A DNA stretch of 52,052 nucleotides from Octopus sinensis (GCF_006345805.1 NW_021833985.1:1-52052); one strand, 5' to 3'. Positions 1-13,443 are shown, counted from the stretch's first letter. A program made the numbers and translations. The notes: generated by a model not told the origin, from the letters alone.

Positions 1-267
1 ACACACACACATTCATGCACTGACTTATATACAAATATTTGGTGAATTTCAGAACATTTCGTGTGTACCATATTGAAAGCATAGAATAAGCATAAATAAA
101 ATGTAGGTGTATATACATATAAGTGTGTGAGTGAAGAAGGTCTTTAGATATATATATATATATACGCTTTTCATTCATCTATAGATCTATGCAATTATTG
201 CGTGTATTGAATAATGAATAAAAAATACTGTAAAAATTATATATGTAAATGAAAAATGAACACAATA

Positions 268-468
268 CAGGGTGTCCGCAAAATTATCTTTACAACTCGC
301 ATGGTCTGTTGTATCATTGGTAGCGTGCAATCAATTGAGCTCACGTAGAAGTCTGCTGGTATTTCTAATAATATTTACTTTGTTTCCTGTGTCATCCAAT
401 AAATTTTGCCAGCTTATCCTTATTGTTCTGAATGTTTCAAAATGTAAACACAATTTATGAACACTCCG
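268..468. mobile_element. Tc1/mariner-like MITE (degenerate)
   Basis: Starts TA|CAGGGTGTCCGCAAAATTATCTTTACA; the right end reads CACGGAGTGTTCATAAATTGTGTTTACA in reverse complement, an imperfect ~28-bp TIR; no coding capacity. Confidence 0.4.
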
Positions 469-599
469 TGGGCCACAATCTATAAGTACATCGTATATAT
501 TGTACATATACTTATACACACACACACACATATATACATACATACATATAGATAAATTAAGAAATGGAGTAAAATGCAGGTGTTATTCAAATCTTTATA

Positions 600-686
600 T
601 TCCCGACACATGTTTCGAAGAAAACTGGTATTATTCCTGAGGAAATATAATGATGTAAAACAATGCGATCTTCTCCTCAGGCAAAA
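600..686 (-). ncRNA. Type I hammerhead ribozyme (left arm)
   Basis: Minus strand: CUGAGGA (680-674), stem II GAAGA/UCUUC, GAAA (616-613), stem III CAU/GUG, UC cleavage site (C at 605); stem I has one mismatch. Confidence 0.6.
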
Positions 687-760
687 AAAAACAGGAACAA
701 AACACATCAATAAGACATTTTAACCGGTTAAAATGGCTTATTGATGTGTTTTGCTTCTGT

Positions 761-849
761 TTTTCCCTGATGAGATGATTACATTGTTTTACATCATTTT
801 ATTCACTCAGGAACAATACCAATATTTTCTTCGAAACATATGTCGGAAG
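761..849 (+). ncRNA. Type I hammerhead ribozyme (right arm)
   Basis: UUUCC-CUGAUGA (767-773), stem II GAUGA/UCUUC with a long loop, GAAA (833-836), palindromic stem III CAUAUG, UC cleavage site (C844), GGAAG closing stem I. Confidence 0.72.
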
Positions 850-1054
850 TATAAAGATTTGAATAACACCTGCGTTTAACTCCATTTCTTACTTTATCTA
901 TGCTAACCAAAAACATTTCATGAAACCCTGGAACTCCTATCTTTATAAGTAGACTAAAATCCTTGGCACTTAAGTGAATTTTTGCTACCCTGATAACTAT
1001 TTATTTGTTTTGTTTTTCCCTGTTATTTGTATACATTCAAAAAATACACATACA

Positions 1055-1097
<43 letters not shown>

Positions 1098-1121
1098 GAG
1101 AGAGAGAGAGAGAGAGAGCGT

Positions 1122-1186
<65 letters not shown>

Positions 1187-1260
1187 TGATTGATAGATAC
1201 ATATATATGTATATATGTATACATGTATACATGCATACAAACATGCATATATATATATAT
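1055..1260. repeat. Compound microsatellite (TA)n(GA)n(GATA)n
   Basis: Direct inspection. Confidence 0.95.
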
Positions 1261-1370
1261 ATGTTTGCGCATGTATATAGATGCTATATCTTTTCTTCAG
1301 GACCCAATTATGTCGTTGACTTGCACTTTTAATTTATAAACATTTTAAATTCATAATTCTTAATTTATAG

Positions 1371-1412
1371 GTTAATCCGAGTGCTTCGTTGTGTGGAGAG
1401 CAGAGTGAAAAA
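1371..1412 (+). CDS. Candidate internal exon (42 nt) of an unidentified gene
   Basis: ttaatttatag| acceptor and AAA|gtatgt donor; frame-preserving; open as VNPSASLCGEQSEK or xLIRVLRCVESRVK; no homology recognised. Confidence 0.3.
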
Positions 1413-1539
1413 GTATGTGTGTGTGTGTGTACGTGCTGGAAAGTACGACTCACAGACAGACAGACTGGCAGACTGACACACAGACAGACAGCTTGAGAGA
1501 CTCAGAGTGCATGAGACAGCGAATGATGTATAAAAGCAG

Positions 1540-1792
1540 AGAGGACCGATATAAAATGTCACAAACAGAGAGATAGATTGAGAAAGAGAGGGGGGAGAGA
1601 AGGAAATATATAGAGAGAGTGTGTGAGACATAGATAAATAGATAGAGATAGAGAGAGGGGTAGGGAAATACATAGATAACTAGATAGATAGACAGAGACA
1701 GACAGAGGGGATAGTTAAATAGATAGACTGAGAGGAGGAGGAGGAGATAGATAGAGAGAGATTAAAGGGAGAGAGAGATAGGTAGATAGACG

Positions 1793-1873
<81 letters not shown>

Positions 1874-2030
1874 GTACAAAGAGGCAGAAAGAAGAGGAAG
1901 AGAGAAAGGAAGACAGAGAAAGAGAGACTGAACGATGAGTAGATTGGGAGTGAGAAGAGGATGAGAAAGAGAGAACAGAGAGTGAGTAGAAGGAAGAAGA
2001 GAGAGCAAAAGAGTGAAGAAGAAAAAGAAA
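1540..2030. repeat. Purine-rich (GA)n/(GATA)n low-complexity tract
   Basis: Direct inspection. Confidence 0.9.
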
Positions 2031-2344
2031 CAAATGTCATTTTGTGATTAATTAACTTTTATTAGTAATTTCAACAATTTTTTTTCCTCACATTTATCTC
2101 ATTTATTTTAATTTTACGAAAATGTCTCCTCTCCAACTTGGTTACACGTCAATACTATTTAATGTTTAAAAGAGCAGTGCGTGATAACAGGCAGGGTTGT
2201 GCGTTTTTTGTTTGTTTTTTCGATCCCACGCTGCGGTACTTATGGTCCGTGTTGTGTGCTGAGTTATGTGTGTGTTGGTGTTACATGCATGTATAAAAAA
2301 TAAACTCCTACAGGCCAAAGATTTAATAAGAGTTGACGAGTCAG

Positions 2345-2502
2345 CACTTCTTTCAGTTTCCGTCTACTAAATACATTCACAAGGGTTTGGTCGCCCCGAA
2401 GCTATAGTACAAGATACTTGCCCAAGGTTCCACGCACTAGAGCTGAACCCAGAACCATGTTGTGGGAGCAAGCTTCTTCCACATAGCCACTCCTGAGCCT
2501 AT
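2345..2502 (-). mobile_element. tRNA-derived SINE, family B (5' half)
   Basis: Matches the head-side half of the full copy at 10283-10713 (CTTCTTTCAGTTTCCGTCTAC...CTGAACCC...AGCCAC). Confidence 0.8.
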
Positions 2503-2511
2503 ATATATTAG

Positions 2512-3330
<819 letters not shown>

Positions 3331-3333
3331 GAC

Positions 3334-3367
<34 letters not shown>

Positions 3368-3399
3368 GAGATAGAGAGAGAGAGAGATAAATATATATA

Positions 3400-3581
3400 T
3401 GATAGATCGTTAGCTCCTACACGCATTTGTTTCTCTCCTTGTTTTTTTCCGTGTATCTTTCTGTAGAAGAGCGTAGGCTCGAAACGTAAAAGACTTTTTC
3501 TATTCCTGAGCGCTATACTAATACATTTGTTTGTTTGTACTCAACCTGCCTTCGTCTTTTGTTCATTTTCGTAAACTTTCC

Positions 3582-3585
<4 letters not shown>
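3400..3585 (+). mobile_element. ~190-bp non-coding PLE-pLTR-like element with minimal hammerhead-like motif
   Basis: UCUUU-CUGUAGA-A-GAGC(guag)GCUC-GAAA-CG-UA-AAAGA at 3456-3493; related copies at 31605, 31795-31980 and 45385-45570; flanked by (TA)n/(GA)n. Confidence 0.55.
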
Positions 3586-3664
<79 letters not shown>

Positions 3665-3665
3665 C

Positions 3666-3735
<70 letters not shown>
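3586..3735. repeat. (TA)n(GA)n(GATA)n microsatellite
   Basis: Direct inspection. Confidence 0.95.
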
Positions 3736-3737
<2 letters not shown>

Positions 3738-4039
3738 AGAAATGATCCTCCACTCACACTGACACACATTTAGAGGCACACCTTGCGAATCTGATGACAA
3801 TGTCGATCTTGATGCTAATGATGAGGAGGTGGAAGAAGAGTGAGAGCGAGATGTATGATGACGGACGTTGACGATATCTACGACGAAGACGACGCGGCGT
3901 TAATGATGGTGATGGTGGCGGCGGGGGCGGTAATGCTGGTGTTAGTGGTGGCCTTGGTGACGGAAAATTGCGCTAAAAATTATTTTATTGAAGGTGTCAA
4001 TTTTACCATAGATATTCACATTAGTAATGAGCTCTCATA

Positions 4040-4069
4040 CTATTACTACTACTACTACAAATAATAATG

Positions 4070-4144
<75 letters not shown>

Positions 4145-4192
4145 GCAACAACAATAAGAATTATGAGAAGAAAAAGAAGCAGTTGATGAAGA

Positions 4193-4226
<34 letters not shown>

Positions 4227-4274
4227 GGTGGTGGTGGTGGTGGTGATGGTGGTGATAATGAAGGAGGAAGTGAT

Positions 4275-4306
<32 letters not shown>

Positions 4307-4430
4307 AGGAGAAGAAGAAGAAGAGCAACAACAACAACAGCAGCAATAATAACAATGATGATGATGACGATGCTATTGATGAGCGACGACGATGATGACG
4401 ATGATGATGATGATGATGATGACGATATGA
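4040..4430. repeat. Compound trinucleotide repeats (AAT, GAT, GGT, GAA, AAC)
   Basis: Direct inspection. Confidence 0.95.
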
Positions 4431-4728
4431 TGGGTAATATTGGGGAACCAAAACGTAAAAAGCAAATCAAAATTGCGTAAACAGGTTAGAGGCAAATAAT
4501 TGTAACACCTGCTGAGGGTAAAAGTAATTAATTTTTAAACCAATTTTTACATACGTGTGTGCATCTATATATAGAGAGAGAGAGGGGGGGAGGTGCACTT
4601 TTGTATTCGAGTGTGTGAGTGTACGTGTGTGCGTATATGTATATGTATATGCGTGTGTACGCAGATGTGTGTGTACGTACGTTGCAAGTGTATTAATTAA
4701 GAATAATCGCATGTATGTATGTATATAC

Positions 4729-4782
<54 letters not shown>

Positions 4783-4974
4783 ATGTATATAAGTATGCGC
4801 ATGTGTATGCCTTTGTGTGTGTGCATATGTGTGAATACCTGTAGGTGTGAGTATGTGGATCCTGTGTGTGTGTGTGTGTGTGTAGTTATGTGTATACGTA
4901 ATCACACGCATAATCTTTCATAGAATTATATAAAGCGAAATGTTCTGTGAAATTGACATATAAAATCGATTTAC

Positions 4975-5128
4975 TCCTGCTGCCACTACTGCTGCTGCTG
5001 CTGCAGCTACTACTACTACTACTACGACGACGACAACGACGACTATTACTACTACTATTACTACTACTACTAGTACTACTGCAACTCCTGTTGCTGCTTC
5101 TACGATTGCAACTACTAATACTAATATT

Positions 5129-5162
<34 letters not shown>

Positions 5163-5215
5163 TGTAGTTGTAGTATTAGTAGTGGTGGTGGTGGTGGTGG
5201 TGGTGGTGGTGGTGT
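4975..5215. repeat. Compound trinucleotide repeats (ACT, AGT, GGT)
   Basis: Direct inspection. Confidence 0.95.
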
Positions 5216-5344
5216 CTGTGGTGAAAAAGAATCGACACCAATCACAAAATTGTGTAATTGCAAACTGTAGGAGAAGCAGGTGAGATGGAAATTGAACAAA
5301 GTCGGTTGCCTAAATAAGAATATACGTAATATCTTAAAGAATGG

Positions 5345-5459
5345 GGGCAGCTGATATCCAACGAATACACGCACACACGCACACACACACACATACAGAT
5401 AGTTGTGTGTTGTGTGTGTGTGTGTGTATGTGTATGTGTTCATTGGATATCAGCTGCCC
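5345..5459. repeat. Small fold-back palindrome with CA/TG arms
   Basis: GGGCAGCTGATATCCAACGAATACAC(AC)n ... (TG)nGTGTTCATTGGATATCAGCTGCCC. Confidence 0.85.
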
Positions 5460-5519
5460 TATTTTAGTATTGACTAATACGCGAACTGTGGCAAAATCTT
5501 AGATATATATGCATGTATG

Positions 5520-6075
<556 letters not shown>

Positions 6076-6097
6076 GTTTGTGCAAAAGTATAAATAC

Positions 6098-7007
6098 TCA
6101 TGTTCAGAATTGCTTAGTAGAACTTTTGTAAAGTCTTCAGAATATTTAAATTGAACAGATTCATAAATACATTTTTTTTTTCTTTGCAGTCCTCTCATCT
6201 TGGCTATTCTTTGAAATATTACTGAAAAAGTTTGATACAACATTGCGTACACAACAAAAGTATATTATGTGTCGGATTATTTGAAAAGTGCAGATACGAA
6301 ACACTATTAAATATGTAATTGTGTAAAATATGGGATAGTTCGATACAATGTGGAAAATACTAAATATGATAGAAATCTTGAGTTATGTAAAGAAACGGTC
6401 TTGAAATATTCTTTTATAACCGCATATAAGAATATATTATAGCGATCGATATCACAGAATATGTTTGCTCAGGAGAACGTATAAATACAATACGTGTTTT
6501 AATATAGTAATGTATGTATACATTTATCATAGTAACGTATGATATGTTCATTTATTTTACTGAAAAAAAGAAAAGAAAAGAAAAGGGATTCCTGAAGTCT
6601 GGGCCAGAAATTTTTGTCCCTGCAACTCTTGCACAACGGAAACGTTCGAAACTCACCAATATAGCTGTTCATTTGTGTATTGAAATGACTTTGAAATATA
6701 TTCGAATTAAATCGTCTCTTCAACAATGGAGAATAGTAATTAATGTGCTCTGACGATTTAGCCGGGGGTTTTTTTTCACCAGGTTAAGAAATCATAATGA
6801 GATTCTCTCCTTGACCGGATTTAAAGCTATCCTTGTTGTTTTTGCCGTTTACTTGTTGTTTGCCTAGTTTCATATCTGCTGTTGTTTTCCTTATTTTTGT
6901 CTATTTCTGAATAATTACAACTTCCTTGGAACATAAAGCCACACAAACCTGTGAATATCCTCTATTTATATTTATGAACGTCGATACAAGCTCTTTTCTC
7001 TGCTTGG
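6098..7007 (-). CDS. Three candidate phase-compatible exons (7007-6949, 6717-6657, 6221-6098)
   Basis: AG/GT boundaries including a consensus TTG|GTGAGT donor; each exon has a single open frame and the phases chain ([10 protein letters not shown]...[11 protein letters not shown]...[11 protein letters not shown]...SNSEH); no homology recognised. Confidence 0.22.
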
Positions 7008-7400
7008 CTTAAATGAAAACCGTAACTTAAAGCACAATACATTTTATTCGTTGCTGTACTGATTATGCAAATAAGCTACAACTAAGTCTATTGATAATGA
7101 TTGTCGCATAGCCACAAAGCCATACGCATGGTTGGAGTAAACAAACAGCTGAGATCGATTCTATTATATAACTGGTATCCTATTTTATAGACTTAGTAAG
7201 ATTGAAATCAAAAGTCGATTCCGGCGTGATTTGAATCCCAAACTTAAATGTAGGCAACTAACACGACACAGGTGATTATTTCCGCAACTCTACGGCTTCA
7301 GCCAATTCACAGTCCTTTAATCCGCTAATCTTTAATCCGTTAATATCTAATTCTAAGAAAGACGACAATTCCATATATTTCGTTCTGTTCTTCCTTGTTT

Positions 7401-7628
7401 CTAATTTCTTTATTGCCCACAAGGGGGTAAACATAAAGGGGACAAACAAGGACATACAAATGGGTTAAGCCGATTACATCGACCCCAGTACGTAACAGGT
7501 ACTTAATTCATCGACCGCGAAAGGATGAAAGGCAAAGTCGACCTCGGCGGAATTTGAACTCAGAACCTAGCGGCAGTCGAAATTCCGCTGAGCATTTCGC
7601 CCGGCGTGTTAACGTTTCTGCCAGCTCA
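7401..7628 (-). mobile_element. tRNA-derived SINE, family A
   Basis: Reverse complement of GTGAGCTGGCAGAAACGTT...GAGTTCAAATTCCGCCGAGGTCGACTTTGCCTTTCATCC..., with A/B-box-like head; about 10 related copies in the window. Confidence 0.9.
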
Positions 7629-7649
7629 CAGTTCTTTCTTGTTTCTAAC

Positions 7650-9700
<2,051 letters not shown>

Positions 9701-9813
9701 TTCCGAAACGTGTTATTCATTGCTCCCGTGTGTGGATTATTTTTTTTCCAAAAACTGATTTGTTTTCTTTCGTTTTATTTTTGTCTTTTTGTCTGTTTTC
9801 TTTTTCACCATAG

Positions 9814-9850
9814 TTTTCGAATGGCGTAGAACCATATATAACAAAGGAAG
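9814..9850 (+). CDS. Candidate internal exon (37 nt)
   Basis: Long polypyrimidine tract ending caccatag|, donor AAG|gtgaga; open as xFEWRRTIYNKG or FSNGVEPYITKE. Confidence 0.45.
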
Positions 9851-10282
9851 GTGAGAAATATATTTGAACGATCTTTTGAGGTTGCTTCTTTTCTTTTTAC
9901 CAAGTTTGACCGAAAAAATATATTTCAAGCACTTTTGATGGAACGTGCATCCATTCACAACAAAATGTTGGTGCGATATGCATACTACACTTCTCTCCTT
10001 CTAAAAGAAAATAGACAGATTTGACACGATATTAACAAATAACCAAGACGAAAAAATTAGTTTAAAAACATCTGTACTGTTGTGTACACATATGTTGAAA
10101 CAAAAAATATTGATGTTTTTATGGTTATTGATACTAATGAGAACAAATTTGTCAACGATCTTTCATAACCCCGCCCCCCCAAAAAATAGTCATAGAAATT
10201 TCAACAGTATTAGCAATTACACACATACACAGATTTTTTTTCCAAATTAGGGTAATTCTGTAGTTTCACATACTCTCTTTTT

Positions 10283-10713
10283 TCTCTCTTTTGCTTGTTT
10301 CAGTCATTTGACTGTGGTCATTCTGGAGCACCGCCATTAGTCGAGCAAATCGACCCCAAGGACTTATTCTTTGTAAGCCTAGTACTTACTTTATCGGTCT
10401 CCCTTTTACCGAACCGCTAAGTTACGGGGACGTAAACACACCAGCATCGGTTGTCAAGCGATGTCGGGGGGACAAACACAGACACACAAACACACACACA
10501 TACGCACACGCACACACACTTATATATATATATACATACATACATACATATACATATATACGTCGGGCTTCTTTCAGTTTCCGTCTACCAAATCCAGTCA
10601 CAAGTCTTTGGTCGGCCCGACGCTATAGTATAAGACACATGCCCAAGATGCAACGCGGTGGGACTGAACCCGGAACCATGTGGTTTGTAAGCAAGCTACT
10701 TACCACACAGCCA
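10283..10713 (-). mobile_element. tRNA-derived SINE, family B, full length with internal CA/TA microsatellite
   Basis: Minus-strand head GTGGCTGTGTGGTAAGTAGCTTGC...GGTTCAGTCCC; tail ...GGCGGTGCTCCAG...GACTGAAACAAG. Confidence 0.9.
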
Positions 10714-10834
10714 CAGAATTGTGCTCTGTTCAGGGTCTGAGAGAAATTGTTGATGTTATTTATTCATAGAAGAAAGACAAACTGTTATAATCTTGGCAGT
10801 AAAGATCATTTCAGTTTATTTTTTTCCTGCGCAG

Positions 10835-10901
10835 ACGAGAAAGATATGCTATTATCAACAGAACCATTCATCATTCTTTTGTTTTAAAAAATGTTGATAT
10901 G
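10835..10901 (+). CDS. Candidate internal exon (67 nt)
   Basis: tttatttttttcctgcgcag| acceptor, ATG|gtacgg donor; joins 9814-9850 in frame to give FEWRRTIYNKGRRERYAIINRTIHHSFVLKNVDM. Confidence 0.4.
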
Positions 10902-10927
10902 GTACGGTTCATCATTGTCCATTATGC

Positions 10928-11451
10928 AAATTTGTCTTTCGGCGAATTTGCTTTGCAGCGGATTTATTTTTGGTGAATTTGTCTTACGGCGAATTTGTGT
11001 TTCGGTGAATTTGTCTTTTGGTGAGTTTGTCTTTTGACGAATTTGTCTTTCGGCGAATTTGCTTCGCGGCGAATATGCCTTTTGGTAAATTTGTCTTACG
11101 GTGAATTTGTGCTTCGGGGAATTTGTTTTTTGGTGAGTTTGTCTTTTGACGAATTTGTCTTATGGCGAATTTGCTTTGCGGCAAATGTCTTTTGGTAAAT
11201 TTGTCTTACTGCGAATTTGTATTTCGGTGAATTTGTCTTTTGGTGAATTTGCATTTTGACGAATTTGTCTTTTGGTGAATTTGCATTTTGACGAATTTGT
11301 CTATCAGCGAATTTGCTTTGCGGCGAATATGTCTTTTGGTAAATTTGTCTTACGGCGAATGTGTGTTTCGGTGAATTTGTCTTTTAGCGAGTTTGTCTTT
11401 TGACGAATTTGCCTTATGGCGAAATTTCTTACGGTGATTTTTCTGGACGCG
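10928..11451. repeat. 16-bp minisatellite with a 7-unit (112-bp) higher-order repeat; probable MULE/foldback-type subterminal array
   Basis: About 32 units of consensus AATTTGTCTTTTGGCG with variant order A-G repeated four times; ends ...GATTTTTCTGGACGCG. Confidence 0.8.
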
Positions 11452-11779
11452 AGATAAATCAAAGTACCAGTGAATATTATCGATTTGTCCCCTCCCTTCG
11501 AATTTGTAGGCCTTGAACCCTGCGACAGGCCGCCTTCTCGTTTACGGGGAATTTTGTGATTGAGATAACATATTCTGCGCGAAAACTGGGCAACCGGCCT
11601 TGTGAGTTCTAGAGGTCGAGAATAAAAAAAATTTAAATCAATATGTGAGCATCGATTAAAATAAATTACCAATCAAATAGTGAAAGTGATTTAATCGACT
11701 GTAGCTTACACCCAATATCTGTGATCTTGTGACTTTCAAAGAAATTATTTTAATGACGGTGAGGGATGAGTGATGAGGA

Positions 11780-12260
11780 TTAATGGCTGACTAAGGAGGA
11801 GGAGGAGGGGGAGGAGATTGAGGAGGCTGTTGAGAAATAATAGGAAGGGAATATATAGAGAATAATGAGGTTTGGGGAAAGAAATGAAGGAAGAAGACAG
11901 AAATGTTAGGAGAAAATAAAAGAGAAAAGTATATAAGGAGGATGAAAAAGATTAAGAAAATATTGTGGGTGGAGGGCGTGGCATAAGAATTTAAGGAAAA
12001 AATGAGTAAATGAAAATAATGCTGGGAAAAAGAAGGGAAAAACAACAGAAAACGTAACGAAGACAAAGAATAAAGGAAAAGTAGAACTTGAAGAAAGAAA
12101 GAAAGAAAGAAAGAGAAAGAAAAGGAGAGAAAGAGAGAGAAAGAGAGAAAGAAAGAGTTGAAGAAAGGAAGAGTGGAAGAAATAAGGAGTGACAGAAAGA
12201 AAGAAAGAAAGAAAGAAAGAATGAAAGGAAAACGAAAGAAGAGCGGAATAATGTGAGCGC
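11780..12260. repeat. Polypurine (GA/GAAA) tract
   Basis: Direct inspection. Confidence 0.9.
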
Positions 12261-12899
12261 GCAAGGGATATTAACAAAAAGAAATTCTAAAAATTAAATG
12301 AAATAAAGAGAAAATATGATTTTTTTTTTCCAAATTCTTTCGCTATAAATTTTAGGTGAAGGAATTCTGTAACAAAACAATGAAAAAATTTTTTTTTAAA
12401 TATTGGCTTCTCAAATTACAAAATAAAAAAAAAATAACCATATGCATAAATAAATAAAAACAGCAAGATATAAAAATATGGAGTAATGTTTTTAAAATTT
12501 AAAGAAAAAAAAACAGAAAAATTCTCATTAACGAGAGGATATGGTGCATAGCATCATTTGATCCCGGGTATAAATATTTACAATGTCAATATTATCCATA
12601 ATTTCATAATGAACCATCGATAACAAATTGACAAATTGCCCGCCTCTCCTTTTTTCTGGAAAATTCTTCGATTATTTCTCAATCTCAATTAGAAATTATC
12701 TTGACAGTGTAATAACTACATAAAAAAAAAGCATTTAAAAATGGATATTTAATCTCAAGTCGATCGATCGGTTGCGACGGAATTGGTGCATGATCAATAA
12801 GCGTTCCAGTCACGACAACCCTGTCTCTTTTCATCATGCATCCTGTATTGGTACAATTTTGTCACTTATCATGGAGATGGAGGTGGTTTCCGAAGGAAC

Positions 12900-13270
12900 A
12901 CAATGATAAATGGATCCGTGATAAATGAATCGTTGGTTATGTATCAGGGATAAATGGAACATGTCCACGCACTTTGTAACTGAAACGAATGGCAGATTCA
13001 TTGGCACCAAACTCGCGGACCGCAGTAGTGATGCTTCAACAAGTATTTCGTGGATCATTTCTACCCTTTCCCGTAAAGGATACTCTTACCTGCATCATTC
13101 TTTAAGATCAGGTGCGCCGTCGTACTGGAACGAATGGTAGATTCATTGACACCAAACACGGGGCCCACAAAAGCGAAGCTTCTACCCTCACATATCTTCT
13201 GGACCATCTCCATCATTTCCTGTTGAAAAAACACTCTTCTGTATGGTTTACAATTAGGTGCTTTCATATA
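12900..13270 (-). mobile_element. pogo/Tigger transposase N-terminal HTH remnant, tandemly duplicated
   Basis: EMVQKICEGRSFAFVGPVFGVNESTIRS and a second frameshifted copy ..AVREFGANESAIRF match the Tigger psq-type HTH (GVNESTIR). Confidence 0.7.
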
Positions 13271-13399
13271 TTTTCTGATCGCTAGTCCCATGTTGATGGT
13301 TACAAGTACGTACATCCGTATAAGAAAATACGCAACCTTGCAAGCACAATCCTGTAAACACAAACGATAATCAGTGCATACTGGATAACTGAGCAGTGT

Positions 13400-13411
13400 G
13401 GATTGTTGTCG

Positions 13412-13443
<32 letters not shown>

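Larger units (their letters stand above)
549..900. mobile_element. Fold-back (head-to-head) pair of Penelope-like pseudo-LTRs
   Basis: Spacerless imperfect palindrome centred on TTAACC|GGTTAA (725/726), ~175-bp arms; each arm holds a hammerhead; shares AAGAAATGGAG..GCAG and ACA.NTGTTTCGAA motifs with the pLTR attached to the PLE remnant at 29.4-29.6 kb. Confidence 0.7.

Noticed and set aside
3770-3970. GC-richer acidic/Gly-like coding appearance
   Set aside because: Degenerate GAT/GGT/GAC trinucleotide sequence grading into the adjacent pure repeats
10928-11451. CRISPR-like array
   Set aside because: Contiguous 16-bp units without unique spacers, eukaryotic context, no cas genes
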